Positions 24,859-34,814 of a stretch of DNA of 64,000 nucleotides are shown piece after piece; position 1 is the stretch's first letter; every line of letters begins with the position of its first letter. Source of the DNA: an uncultured Candidatus Peribacteria bacterium. GTDB lineage: Bacteria; Patescibacteriota; Gracilibacteria; UBA1369; UBA12473. The notes under the pieces were generated by a model. The model saw only the letters and a program-made list of their open reading frames with translations. It did no database searches and was not told where the DNA came from. The stretch is taken from assembly GCA_964473745.1 (NCBI GenBank), contig CAYYQE010000002.1, forward strand, positions 5,045 through 69,044, read 5' to 3'. The translations under genes and the position numbers were made by a program.

Positions 24859-27747
24859 TTATGCGGCTGCTTTATTGCAAATCAAACGGTAATCACAATA
24901 TTTACAGATCATGGGCGAAGGAACAGGCTCAAACTTAGAAGTTCCAATTGTCTGTGCAATTGTTTCTAATTCATTTTTAGTTTTCTCAAGCGTATCCACC
25001 GAACGAACCGTAGAGATTTTTTTATTATCCTCTAAATAGTAGAGGGAAAGTTTTGAAACAGGAATTTTAAGAGCATCCTGACAAGCCAGAGCATAAATTG
25101 AAAGCTGTAAGTCCTTATCAATAAATCTTTGGTCTTTTAACCGTCCTGTTTTATAGTCAATCACCTCAAAAGTGCCATCCGAAAGCCGATCAATGCGGTC
25201 AATTCTTCCCGAAACACATAATCCAGATTTTGTTTTCAAGGTAAACGGACGTTCCAAAAAAGACGGAATAATCCAATCCTCAGCCTGGGTGGTGTAAAAC
25301 CGTTCCAAAATTTCTAATCCCTGCGCTTTTCGGGCTTTTAAGTGCGCCGGGCTAGTGTAACCAATGGGAATCCAATATTTTTCATAAATAGCTTGTAGCC
25401 GCTCCAAAGAAGGAGTTTTGCCCTGCTTTAACTCTTGATAAAAAGCATTCAAAGCATTGTGAACACTAGAGCCAAAACTTAAAGCATGTGAAAGTGGCTC
25501 TGCTAATCTGTAAATGTATTGAAATTTATACATCAAAGGACACCGCTTAAAAGAGTTAATCCGACTAAAACTCAATCTAAGAGCACGATGCGAGCGAACC
25601 AGCAATTCCGGAGAATCGATCACTTCTGGGACTTCCGGAGAATCAATTATTTTCAAGGATTTAGCTGGCTTAATTTCCGCATGATTGCTCTCCGCGTGAT
25701 CTGTTTTTTTAGCTTCATCTAGAAAAATCGAGGGCTTCCACCGCTTTTTGCCATCATAAAAATTGCTAGCCGTTAAAAAAAGATGCTTTCTAGCTCTCGT
25801 ACAGGCCACATAAAACAACCTTCTTTCTTCGTGGAGGTGTGTAGAATCCTGATCAAAAGCCGTGGTTAGGAGCTCATTCGGGATTTCAAAAGAATCACGC
25901 CGATTTATAGAAGGAAAACGATTTTGCACCAAATCCACCACAAACACGGTGTCAAATTCCAACCCTTTAGCCGCGTGAACAGTTAAAACTTTCACAGTGT
26001 CGGCATCCAGCGCTTCTTCGGGCGGGGCCGAACGATCACCCATTTCTTGGCGAGATTCCAAATAGTCTAAACATTCCAACAACCGAGAAGATCCCTGCGT
26101 TTCCTCAAAAGTTCGTATAATTTGGGATAAAGTCGCAATGTTTTGCAATCGTTCCATCGCCTCCGGGCTCTCATCGGTTTGCAGGGCTTCTAAATAGCCA
26201 GATTTTTTAAGGAAAACGCCTAAAAGTTGACTGGTTGATTGCTCCTTAATTCCTCGCTGTAGTTGGTCAAAAAGGTTTAAAAATTCTTCTAAAGAACCGT
26301 CTTTTGCGGTAAATAAGTCAGGTGTTTTTTGAGCTTGGCGAAATGCTTGCAAAAGGGGAGTAGAGGTGGTTCGAGCCTTTTGCAAAATCCCTAAAAGATA
26401 CTCATCTTCAAACCTGAAAACCGGCATTGAAACAACTCGAAACAAAGCAATATCATCAAATGGTTTCGCTAAAGCTCGTAAAACTGCTACCAAATCTTTG
26501 ATTTCCGGTCGCTGATAAAGTCCCTGAGCACCCGAAAAATAAGTTGGAATTTTAGCCTGAGTTAATCCATCCAAAAAAGGCAGAGCATGAGCTGTGGCGC
26601 GTACCAAAATCGCCACATCTTTGTAAGAAATGTCTTTATTTTCACTGATATAACGCTGGATATGTTCAGTTACAAACCCAACCTCTTGCTGGTAATCATC
26701 AAAATGGATTATATGTGGTTTTTGAGGAGTCCCTTCAACTTTAGAAGTTAGACGTTTATTGATTTGCTCGCGATCTTCCAATCGAAAAGGATTGTTATGT
26801 TGAATGATCTCATAACTCATATCCAAAATGTTCTGAGTTGAGCGATAGTTCTCTGTTAAAACAATTTTTTTAGCCTCTGGGAAGCGTTTTTCAAACTGCA
26901 AAATATTAGTTAGCGAGGCTCCTCGCCATTTATAAATACTTTGGTCATCATCACCAACCACCATTACGTTTTTATGTTTTTGTGCCAGCAATTCAACAAG
27001 CCGGTTTTGAGCAGTATTAGTGTCTTGATATTCATCCACCAACAAGTATTGAAATCGGTTTTGATATTCTTTTAAAACACTGGGATGTTCTGTGAAAAGG
27101 CGGAGCGTTAAATAATTTAGGGTAGCAAAATCAATCACTCCTTCTTTTAGCAATAATTCATCGTAGTGTTTATAAGCGGTTGCTAATTCCAACATTTTAA
27201 AAGCCTCCTCTTTGTCTTCAGTTGATTCCGCTGTTTTAACTTGCTCTTTGGCGTAAGTTAAGTAGCTTTCCGGAGACACCATTTCATCTCTTAAATGACC
27301 AAAATGGGACGTTAAAGCGGCTAAAAACCGCAGGGGATTCCCTAAGGGCCGGTAATAATTTAGCTCAAACGAAAAAAGGTGCTTTTTTAAAAAAAGCAGC
27401 GCATCGGTTTGGGTGAGAATTTTGTAGGCCGTATCAAGTCCTAATTCCAGACCTCGTTCCCGTAAAACCGCATCACAAAAACCATGAAATGTTTTTACCC
27501 AAAGTTCCGAATAGCCATAGGGGAGTAACACATCCAAGCGTTCTTGCATCTCCAAAGTCGCTTTTTCAGTAAAAGTTAGAGCCAAAATTGACTCTGGATC
27601 AACACCCTCTTCTTGAGTTAAATAACAAAACCGATGTGTTAAAACCCGAGTTTTCCCCGTACCAGCACCCGCAATAATTAAAAGAGGACCCTCTTTATGA
27701 GTGACTGCTTGTTTTTGGGCGGGGTTAAGGGTTTTTAAAATTTCCAC
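24859..27747 (-). CDS. UvrD/PcrA-type superfamily-1 helicase fused to a C-terminal PD-(D/E)XK (Cas4/AddB-like) nuclease with Cys cluster
   Basis: GTG start. Walker A is AGAGTGKT, with DEYQDT and helicase motifs through VHAAKGLEF and YVACTRAR. The C-terminus has CPLMYKF ... GRIDRID ... IDYKTG ... QLSIYA ... CKYCDYRLIC. Confidence 0.85.
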   Translation of the reverse strand: MEILKTLNPAQKQAVTHKEGPLLIIAGAGTGKTRVLTHRFCYLTQEEGVDPESILALTFTEKATLEMQERLDVLLPYGYSELWVKTFHGFCDAVLRERGLELGLDTAYKILTQTDALLFLKKHLFSFELNYYRPLGNPLRFLAALTSHFGHLRDEMVSPESYLTYAKEQVKTAESTEDKEEAFKMLELATAYKHYDELLLKEGVIDFATLNYLTLRLFTEHPSVLKEYQNRFQYLLVDEYQDTNTAQNRLVELLAQKHKNVMVVGDDDQSIYKWRGASLTNILQFEKRFPEAKKIVLTENYRSTQNILDMSYEIIQHNNPFRLEDREQINKRLTSKVEGTPQKPHIIHFDDYQQEVGFVTEHIQRYISENKDISYKDVAILVRATAHALPFLDGLTQAKIPTYFSGAQGLYQRPEIKDLVAVLRALAKPFDDIALFRVVSMPVFRFEDEYLLGILQKARTTSTPLLQAFRQAQKTPDLFTAKDGSLEEFLNLFDQLQRGIKEQSTSQLLGVFLKKSGYLEALQTDESPEAMERLQNIATLSQIIRTFEETQGSSRLLECLDYLESRQEMGDRSAPPEEALDADTVKVLTVHAAKGLEFDTVFVVDLVQNRFPSINRRDSFEIPNELLTTAFDQDSTHLHEERRLFYVACTRARKHLFLTASNFYDGKKRWKPSIFLDEAKKTDHAESNHAEIKPAKSLKIIDSPEVPEVIDSPELLVRSHRALRLSFSRINSFKRCPLMYKFQYIYRLAEPLSHALSFGSSVHNALNAFYQELKQGKTPSLERLQAIYEKYWIPIGYTSPAHLKARKAQGLEILERFYTTQAEDWIIPSFLERPFTLKTKSGLCVSGRIDRIDRLSDGTFEVIDYKTGRLKDQRFIDKDLQLSIYALACQDALKIPVSKLSLYYLEDNKKISTVRSVDTLEKTKNELETIAQTIGTSKFEPVPSPMICKYCDYRLICNKAAA

Positions 27748-27765
27748 CCTTGAACCATAACAAAT

Positions 27766-28056
27766 TTAAGAATCCTTTTTAAGCGTAAGTTGTTGCAATT
27801 CTTTCACAATCGTTTCTGGGATAGCAATTCCTAACCAAAACTGTAGGGGACAACATTTGCGCCCCTTTTGCTTGAGTGCCTTCTGCAAACAAGCTTCATT
27901 GGCACATAAATAAGCCCCTCTTCCAGGAGTTTTTTGGCTTTTTTGCGGGAACTCCACCAAAAACTGCCCTTTATTTGTTTTGACAACTCGAATCAATTCC
28001 CGCTGAGGGAATTCTTGGAAGCAACCCGTGCAACGACGCAAAGGGGTCGAGTTCAT
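27766..28056 (-). CDS. ylxR: YlxR/RnpM (DUF448) family RNA-binding protein
   Basis: I use the internal ATG at 28056, downstream of the rpsA stop. It reads MNSTPLRRCTGCFQEFPQRELIRVV ... GRGAYLCANEACLQKA, which is the YlxR signature. The track's longer ORF overlaps rpsA and encodes a spurious Arg/Lys-rich leader. Confidence 0.8.
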   Translation of the reverse strand: MNSTPLRRCTGCFQEFPQRELIRVVKTNKGQFLVEFPQKSQKTPGRGAYLCANEACLQKALKQKGRKCCPLQFWLGIAIPETIVKELQQLTLKKDS

Positions 28057-28066
28057 AACAAGAAAA

Positions 28067-29269
28067 TTATTCTTTGTCTTCAGCCGGCTCTTCCGCTTCT
28101 TCAGCCTCAGCTTCGGGCTCCTTAGCCTCCTCAGCCTCGTCACTCTTCTCACTCTTTTTAGAGGCGGCCATGGCTTTTTCATTAAGCTCTTTTAGACTAA
28201 GCCCAATTCGGTGTTCATCTAAATTCACATCAATCACTTTAACTTCAACTTTTTCGCCAACAGCCAGAGCTTCACTAGGTTCATTTACTGGTTTACCATC
28301 CTCATGAACAATTTCGGAAAGATGAATAAGACCGTTAATATCATCGGTTAACTTCATAAAAGCACCAAACGGCGCTAAACGAGTAATTTCTCCCTTAACA
28401 ACTGTGCCGATTTTGAACTTTTTAGCGGCATCAGCCCAAGGATCATCCATTAGACGTTTCATGCTAAGAGAAATTTTATCTCCTTCAATCCCAATAATTT
28501 TAACTTCAACTTCATCGCCGACCTTGCCATGATCAGAAGGGTTTTTAACATGTCCCCAAGCAATTTCAGAGATATGAACCAAACCTTCCAAACCTTCAAA
28601 AGCCACAAAAATCCCAAAATTAACCACACCACTGATCCTTCCTTTAACCGTAGAACCAATAGCAATATTTTTGAGAGCCTTTTTACGATCTTCTTGAAAA
28701 GCCGCTCTTTCCGAAAGAATTAACTTTCCACTGTCTTTGTCTAAGTTAATAATTTTTACAGAAAGAGAAACTCCAACTAGTTTTTTGAGTTTTTGCAAAA
28801 TGAGATTAGCATCTGCTCCATTTACACGCGGATAATGGAGAGGCGCCAACTGTGAAACAGGAATAAATCCTTTGATTCCATCCACTTCTAGTAACAGGCC
28901 ACCTTTATTAGCTTCGGTTGGTTTAACATCAACCACTTCATCATCGTTATGAGCTCCTTCAAATCGTTTCCAAGCCCGTTCTTGACTGGCTTTTCGCAAT
29001 GAAAGCAGCACAAAACCATCTTCATTTTCTGATTCAAGTACGCAAGAGAAAACAGCATCACCAGGAGCAAGTTCTTTAATAGTATTCAAACTATCTTTCG
29101 TCTCGCGACCACTGATAATACCAGTATTAACACCGCCAATATCAACTAAAATTCGGTGTTTAGAAACCGAAATAACAGATCCTTCTAAAAGCTCCCCAGG
29201 ATTGGGGATAATCATCTGGGGCGAGCTCTTGAGAAGCTCATCCATAGGTATGGTTTGAGTTGCAGCCAT
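28067..29269 (-). CDS. rpsA: 30S ribosomal protein S1 (four S1 domains)
   Basis: Repeated S1/OB modules (GSVISVSKHRILVDIGG, VKGRISGVVNFGIFVAF..GLVHISE, VKGEITRLAPFGAFMKL..GLIHLSE) and an acidic tail. Confidence 0.85.
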   Translation of the reverse strand: MAATQTIPMDELLKSSPQMIIPNPGELLEGSVISVSKHRILVDIGGVNTGIISGRETKDSLNTIKELAPGDAVFSCVLESENEDGFVLLSLRKASQERAWKRFEGAHNDDEVVDVKPTEANKGGLLLEVDGIKGFIPVSQLAPLHYPRVNGADANLILQKLKKLVGVSLSVKIINLDKDSGKLILSERAAFQEDRKKALKNIAIGSTVKGRISGVVNFGIFVAFEGLEGLVHISEIAWGHVKNPSDHGKVGDEVEVKIIGIEGDKISLSMKRLMDDPWADAAKKFKIGTVVKGEITRLAPFGAFMKLTDDINGLIHLSEIVHEDGKPVNEPSEALAVGEKVEVKVIDVNLDEHRIGLSLKELNEKAMAASKKSEKSDEAEEAKEPEAEAEEAEEPAEDKE

Positions 29270-29388
29270 AAAGCTTATTGGAGCAAGGATTAAAAAAGTA
29301 ATAGTTCTTAAACTAAGTGTCCTTGCTACCTTGATTGCACTTAACTTAGAACGCGTGGATTATAAGGGAGTTCTACCTTATGTGCAAG

Positions 29389-31977
29389 TTAACTTTTTTT
29401 CATTTCCAATTCAGTGCCCTTTTTGATGATTTTTACTTTATCGCCTTCTTTGAATTTTCCGTTCAAAAGTTTTTCCGCTAGAACATCCTCAATGCGATCT
29501 TGGATCACTCGTCTAGCGGGCCGCGCCCCATAGTCTGGGTCATAGCTTAATTTGGCAAGTAGATCGAGAGCTCCTGGGGAAAATTTAAGAGAAATCTTTT
29601 TATCTTTTAAGCGTTCTTCTAAATCTGTAATTTGTAGTCTTACAATCGCTTTTAAATGATCATGGGTAAGTGGGTGGAACACAATAATTTTATCCAGACG
29701 ATTTAAGAATTCTGGTCGGAAATGATCTTTTAATTCTTTTAGAATATCTTCTTTTTTGTCGTTAAATCCTTGTTCTGCTCGTTTGAGTTCATCTTCTTCT
29801 AAGGTAAAGCCAATTGGTCCAGCCGACTCCGTGAGTTGCCTAGCACCAATGTTTGTAGTTAAAACAATAATTGTGTTTTTGAAATCTACTTTACGACCTT
29901 TCCCATCTGTTAAAGAGCCATCTTCTAAGATTTGAAGAAGCATGTTCATAACATCCGGGTGAGCTTTTTCTACCTCATCAAATAGCACAACCGAGTAAGG
30001 TTTACGTCTAATCATTTCCGTAAGCTGACCACCATCATCATAACCAACATAACCAGCAGTCGTTCCTGTTAATCGAGAAGCATTATGACGCTCCATGAAT
30101 TCACTCATATCAATTTTAACCAACGCCTCTTCATCATTATAAACCTCACGAGCTAAGGATTTCACCAGCTCAGTTTTACCAACACCAGTTGGGCCCATAA
30201 AAATAAAAGACGCAATCGGGCGGTGCGGCGCTCCGACCCCCATTCGGGAACGACGAATTGCTTTGGAAACAGATTCAATTGCTTCCTCTTGACCAACAAT
30301 GCGACGCTTGAGTAGTTGCTCAATATTTTTAAGACGATCAATGTCATCTTTCATCAGCTTAGTAGTCGGGATCCCCGTGCTTTTTGATAAAACCTGGGCA
30401 ATATCTTCAGCATCAATACATCCCCGAAGCTCTTTCGGAACTTTTATCCGGCGAGCAGCTTCAATTTTTTCCATTATTTGCAATTCTTCGGTACGCAAAT
30501 TCGCTGCCTGTTCATAATCTTGTTTCGAAACAGCTTCTTCTTTGGTTTGAATAATCTTATTAAGTTGTTTTTGGAATTTCCCCACCGCATTAGAATCATC
30601 AGTCTTTACTTTCATTCCTTTTAATGAAGAGGCTTCATCCATCAAATCAATCGCCTTATCAGGTAGGAAACGGTCATTTACATAACGTTTTGATAAACGA
30701 ACCGCCGCTTCCAAAGCTTCATCACTAATAACTAAACTATGATGCTCTTCAAAAGCCTCTTTAAGACCCTGCATAATTTGCAAAGTCTCATCTTCAGTTG
30801 GTTCATCGATCATAACAGTTTGAAAACGGCGCTCAAGCGCACTGTCGTTTTCAATATGCTTGCGGTATTCATTAGTCGTTGTAGCTCCCACAATTCGAAT
30901 ATCACCTCGAGAAAGAGCAGGTTTTAGGATGTTGGCAGCGTCTAAACTACCTTCCGCTGATCCCGCTCCAACCACGGTATGAACTTCATCAATTAAAAGA
31001 ATAACATTTTCCTGGGTAGCAGCTTCGTCAATGATTTGTTTAAGACGTTCCTCAAATTCTCCACGATATTTAGTTCCGGCGACAATAGAGGCCATGGAAA
31101 GTGCGAGAATGCGCTTATCAAGCATAGAATCTGGAACACGTTCCATCACAATTGCTTGGGCTAATCCTTCGACAACCGCGGTTTTACCAACGCCTGGCTC
31201 ACCAATTAAGACCGGGTTGTTTTTAGTTTTTCTCTGTAAAATACTAATCGTTCGTTCAATCTCCTTTTCGCGACCAATAATCGGATCAGTCTTACCTTTT
31301 CGGCATTTCGCCACCAAATCTTCGGTAAAATAATCCAAAGCCGGAGTCTTGGACTTATCTCCTTGTTTAGAAAAACCGGTTTCTTTTTCGCCGCCAGCCA
31401 TTACTCCCTGAAGTCCACTTAAAAAGAATTCGAGTGGATTCATTTGCCCCGAAGGATCAGCTCCTTGAAAGCCGCCACCTTCCGTGGCTGGGTAACTTTT
31501 TTGATTTCGTTTTAAATTTTCAAAGGCATTTTCGATTTCAGATTGAATAGCATTAGGACGAACCTTCATGTTTTCTAAAATTACGGTGGCCGCGGTATTT
31601 TCTTGGCCAACTAAGGCAAAAAGAAGGTGTTCAGTCCCGACAAACATGTGATTATGACCTTGAGCACATTTTACAGCGTCCTCAATAACTTTTTTAGCAA
31701 AACCACTAAGCCCGCCAGCGCTAGATCCTGATTTAGAAGAGCTAGTCGTTCGACCAACTGTTTTAAGAACAAGATTTACATTATCTAGGGAAACTCCAAA
31801 ATTCATTAAAATCGAAGCCCCGAGAGAGTTTGGCTGACTTAAAATTCCAATTAAAACGTGTTCAGTGCCCACATAATTAGTTTGCGTTTTTTTGGCAACT
31901 TCTTGTGCTACAACCAAGGCTTGTTTAGCCTCTTTGGTGAATTTCTCGAATCGACTGTCGTCCTTATCTTTAGCCAT
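29389..31977 (-). CDS. clpC: ATP-dependent Clp protease ATP-binding subunit ClpC
   Basis: Clp N-repeat domain, two AAA+ modules (GEPGVGKT and GPTGVGKT), and a short UVR-like middle domain ([13 protein letters not shown]). A GPIGF loop is present, consistent with ClpP docking. Confidence 0.9.
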   Translation of the reverse strand: MAKDKDDSRFEKFTKEAKQALVVAQEVAKKTQTNYVGTEHVLIGILSQPNSLGASILMNFGVSLDNVNLVLKTVGRTTSSSKSGSSAGGLSGFAKKVIEDAVKCAQGHNHMFVGTEHLLFALVGQENTAATVILENMKVRPNAIQSEIENAFENLKRNQKSYPATEGGGFQGADPSGQMNPLEFFLSGLQGVMAGGEKETGFSKQGDKSKTPALDYFTEDLVAKCRKGKTDPIIGREKEIERTISILQRKTKNNPVLIGEPGVGKTAVVEGLAQAIVMERVPDSMLDKRILALSMASIVAGTKYRGEFEERLKQIIDEAATQENVILLIDEVHTVVGAGSAEGSLDAANILKPALSRGDIRIVGATTTNEYRKHIENDSALERRFQTVMIDEPTEDETLQIMQGLKEAFEEHHSLVISDEALEAAVRLSKRYVNDRFLPDKAIDLMDEASSLKGMKVKTDDSNAVGKFQKQLNKIIQTKEEAVSKQDYEQAANLRTEELQIMEKIEAARRIKVPKELRGCIDAEDIAQVLSKSTGIPTTKLMKDDIDRLKNIEQLLKRRIVGQEEAIESVSKAIRRSRMGVGAPHRPIASFIFMGPTGVGKTELVKSLAREVYNDEEALVKIDMSEFMERHNASRLTGTTAGYVGYDDGGQLTEMIRRKPYSVVLFDEVEKAHPDVMNMLLQILEDGSLTDGKGRKVDFKNTIIVLTTNIGARQLTESAGPIGFTLEEDELKRAEQGFNDKKEDILKELKDHFRPEFLNRLDKIIVFHPLTHDHLKAIVRLQITDLEERLKDKKISLKFSPGALDLLAKLSYDPDYGARPARRVIQDRIEDVLAEKLLNGKFKEGDKVKIIKKGTELEMKKS

Positions 31978-32092
31978 GAAGAATTAAAAGTTAGGAATTA
32001 ATTTCCACAAATTATAACACATTTTGGGTCGGAATAGCACGGTTTAGGGCTTGCTTAAATTTGAAGAATAGTGTGTAGCTACCACCTGATAA

Positions 32093-32119
32093 TTAGCACT
32101 CTAAACTCTACAGTGCTAA
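32093..32119. promoter_or_regulatory. CIRCE-like inverted repeat (HrcA operator type) upstream of clpC
   Basis: TTAGCACTC-taaactcta-CAGTGCTAA compared with consensus TTAGCACTC-N9-GAGTGCTAA. The left arm matches 9/9, the spacer is 9 nt, and the right arm matches 8/9. Confidence 0.7.
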
Positions 32120-32133
32120 CGCGCTAAAGTCAA
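32105..32133 (-). promoter_or_regulatory. sigma70-like promoter overlapping the CIRCE element (TTGACT-N17-TAGAGT)
   Basis: On the minus strand the -35 is at 32128-32133 and the -10 at 32105-32110. The operator covers the spacer and the -10. A second candidate -10 (TATAAT, 32011-32016) lies closer to the clpC ATG. Confidence 0.45.
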
Positions 32134-32176
32134 TCACAAACAGAAGGTCCAAGTTTTGGCTGGGGAAAGGGGAAAA

Positions 32177-33685
32177 CTAAGTTGACTGAATCGATCCTGC
32201 CATTGTTTCAATTTGACTTTGGTACTCAGAATCACCACTAAGACGATAACTAGATTCATCATCGCGCGGGACATCAGCCAAGAAAACACCTGACGAATTC
32301 CAAGTTTTCAAAACAGAAACCGTTTCCTCTTTTATTTCTAAAGTAACCAAAGCATTTGTGGCGTCAGCCGGCTCATTACTAAAATAAAAATAACTACCAG
32401 CGCGACTGTAGTACCAACTAGAAGGGTACTGCATTTGAAACTGTAAGGTAGCGCTTTCCAGAGCACGATATCCTTCTAAAACCACCATGCTTTCTCCAGT
32501 GTCAGCGTTAATGGTTGTGAATTCCTGACCCTTGGCTTCATCAACCCCAGAAGTCAATACCCAATCTGTTACTGACCCTTCATCAAAAGTCGCCAGTACC
32601 TCAAAATCACCACCACCCAGGTTTCTTAAAAGGTCTCGTTGCAGAGCGCCATCATTCGAATAATAAACCATATAAATATAATCTGGTTCCACAAATTCAT
32701 ATCGAACTAGTGTCACATCGCCATCGGCTAATGAGGAGATAACTGTTTCATAATCAGTTTCCTCGTCCGTGGCGACATCCACTTCATCCACCTCGTCGAC
32801 CACCTCATCAACCTCATCCACAACCTCATCAACCTCATCCACAACCTCAGTCTCCTCGACCACTTCCTCGGTAACTACTTCCTCTTCGGCTCGAGCCCCA
32901 TCTTCTAACAAATCAAACGAAAGCAAAACTTCATTAAATAAATTACTGTAAGCCAGTTCAAAATCATCCTGCTTTTTAAGGTGCATGATCATATAAGTTC
33001 GCTCACCGCCAGCCACGTAATAAAGCAAAGAATTACCATCCACAATCTTAATTGCTTCGATTTGATCTGGGCTAATCACACTTTTGGTGTAGGGGAGATC
33101 TAAGTCTTGATAAGCCAACACCCATTCTTCTAGTCCCAAGCCTTCTTTGTTCAGAAGAGAACTAACTTGAATTAAATCAGTTTCCACAAATTCTTCGGCA
33201 TCTTCCGGTTGGGGAGCAGTAAATTCTACGGCTGAAGTGTGTTCTTCGATTTCCCAATCTGACTGATAACCAATCGCAAATCCTAAACTTTCACTCGTGT
33301 AGGTTTCCATATTTATTTCAATGGTTTCCTCCTCTTCTTCTTCCTCCAAAACCGTCAATTGTTCAATGGCAAGCACAGCTTTGTCATCGTCTTCTACTCC
33401 GGGGATTAATAGCCCACTAACTTCTACGGATTGATTTAAATGAATAGTGTCCCAAAGATTATAAAAATCACTATAAACATAAAGCAGTGAATCATCATCA
33501 AGTCGCAAAAGATGAGTAGCATCTGGATTAAATTTAACGCTTCCGAGTGATTGTAGTAAGCCTTCATAAGTTACAAATTCATAAGCAATATCCTCTTGGG
33601 TTGAGTTGTCTTCGGTAAAAGGAAGGCAACCAAACAGAAAACCACCTACAACTAGCAAAATTAGATAAGGAATAAGCCGTTTCAT
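32177..33685 (-). CDS. Acidic secreted lipoprotein, hypothetical (502 aa)
   Basis: MKRLIPYLILLVVGGFLFGC carries a lipobox. The protein is very acidic, with a VDEVDEVVDEVDEV repeat. No known motif. The start is 21 nt after the ruvB stop. Confidence 0.6.
   Translation of the reverse strand: MKRLIPYLILLVVGGFLFGCLPFTEDNSTQEDIAYEFVTYEGLLQSLGSVKFNPDATHLLRLDDDSLLYVYSDFYNLWDTIHLNQSVEVSGLLIPGVEDDDKAVLAIEQLTVLEEEEEEETIEINMETYTSESLGFAIGYQSDWEIEEHTSAVEFTAPQPEDAEEFVETDLIQVSSLLNKEGLGLEEWVLAYQDLDLPYTKSVISPDQIEAIKIVDGNSLLYYVAGGERTYMIMHLKKQDDFELAYSNLFNEVLLSFDLLEDGARAEEEVVTEEVVEETEVVDEVDEVVDEVDEVVDEVDEVDVATDEETDYETVISSLADGDVTLVRYEFVEPDYIYMVYYSNDGALQRDLLRNLGGGDFEVLATFDEGSVTDWVLTSGVDEAKGQEFTTINADTGESMVVLEGYRALESATLQFQMQYPSSWYYSRAGSYFYFSNEPADATNALVTLEIKEETVSVLKTWNSSGVFLADVPRDDESSYRLSGDSEYQSQIETMAGSIQST
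32782..32848 (-). repeat. Tandem 21-nt repeat inside the lipoprotein gene encoding (V/D/E) repeats
   Basis: The plus-strand unit CTCATCAACCTCATCCACAAC is perfect at 32804-32824 and 32825-32845. A diverged unit lies at 32782-32803. Confidence 0.85.
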
Positions 33686-33706
33686 ATTTATTGTAAAATT
33701 AAAAAA

Positions 33707-34762
33707 TTAAAAAAGTTTAGATTTAGCTGGGGGAGCAAGTCCTAAATGTTGATAACCACGCGGTGTTACGGCGCGACCACGAGCTGTTCGCTCCAAAAAA
33801 CCCTGTTTTAACAGATAAGGTTCATAAATATCCTCAATGGTTTGCGATTCTTCATGAGTAGCCGCGGCCAAAGTAGATAAACCCACCGGCCCACCTTGGA
33901 ATTTTTCAACAATAAGTAGCATCAAGTAGCGGTCCATATCATCGAGTCCCAATTCGTCGATCCCCATTTTTTTAAGAGCTTTTTCAACCAACTCTTCAGA
34001 AATAAAATCATTATCATTAACAGCCGCAAAATCACGGACGCGGCGCAAAAGGCGATTAGCAATACGGGGAGTCTGTCGCGCCGAAAGAGCTAAGCGCTTG
34101 GTGGCCCCGCTATTGATTTTTGTTTCGAGAATTTTGGATGAACGTTGCACGATCTGTTCTATTTCACCTTGAGAATAAAAATTAAGTCGAAAAACATGAC
34201 CAAAACGATCTCGAAGAGGGGAGGAGATCAAGCTTAATTTCGTTGTTGCCCCAATCAAAGTAAAGCGAGGCAAGCTCAATCGCATCGAACGAGCCGAGGC
34301 TCCTTTCCCCAAAATAATATCAATCGCAAAATCTTCCATCGCCGTATACAAAGTCTCTTCTACAATTGGGCGCAACCGATGAATTTCATCAATAAAAAGA
34401 ACATCACCGTCCTGCAGATTAGTAATAATCGCGGCAATGTCACCTTGGCGTTCCAGAGCCGGCCCAGAAGTAACCCGAATATTAGCCTTCATTTCACGAG
34501 CAATAATATGCGCCAGAGTGGTTTTGCCAAGTCCGGGAGGTCCGTGAATTAAAACATGCTCCAAAGCTTCTTCACGCTTTTTTGAAGCTTCCATAAAAAC
34601 CGACAAGTTTCGCTTAATTTCCGGTTGTCCGACGTATTCATCAAGAACATCAGGGCGTAGTTTGTTTTCCTGTTGTTCATGAGGATCGCAGAGCGGCTCG
34701 GGTGAGAGCGTTCGCTCCGGCGAATCATCAGAAGTTGCGAAGTTGGCAGAATGGACAGCCAT
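33707..34762 (-). CDS. ruvB: Holliday junction branch migration helicase RuvB
   Basis: HGPPGLGKTTLAHIIA, LFIDEIHRL and the C-terminal winged helix. I use the internal ATG at 34762, which gives 351 aa and removes the overlap with the divergent gene. Confidence 0.93.
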   Translation of the reverse strand: MAVHSANFATSDDSPERTLSPEPLCDPHEQQENKLRPDVLDEYVGQPEIKRNLSVFMEASKKREEALEHVLIHGPPGLGKTTLAHIIAREMKANIRVTSGPALERQGDIAAIITNLQDGDVLFIDEIHRLRPIVEETLYTAMEDFAIDIILGKGASARSMRLSLPRFTLIGATTKLSLISSPLRDRFGHVFRLNFYSQGEIEQIVQRSSKILETKINSGATKRLALSARQTPRIANRLLRRVRDFAAVNDNDFISEELVEKALKKMGIDELGLDDMDRYLMLLIVEKFQGGPVGLSTLAAATHEESQTIEDIYEPYLLKQGFLERTARGRAVTPRGYQHLGLAPPAKSKLF

Positions 34763-34814
34763 AGGATACAATGCTAGTCGAATTTCAACACGAAGATACC
34801 TCAATTTTTTAAAA

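Noticed and set aside
28057-28182. Arg/Lys-rich 42-codon extension of the ylxR ORF
   Set aside because: It overlaps the 3' end of rpsA in another frame. The conserved YlxR sequence begins at the internal ATG 28056, just after the rpsA stop.
32120-32176. CtsR operator upstream of clpC (AGTCAAT ... AGGTCCA)
   Set aside because: The two half-sites are not a heptad direct repeat with the 3-nt spacing of the CtsR box. The CIRCE match nearby is far better.
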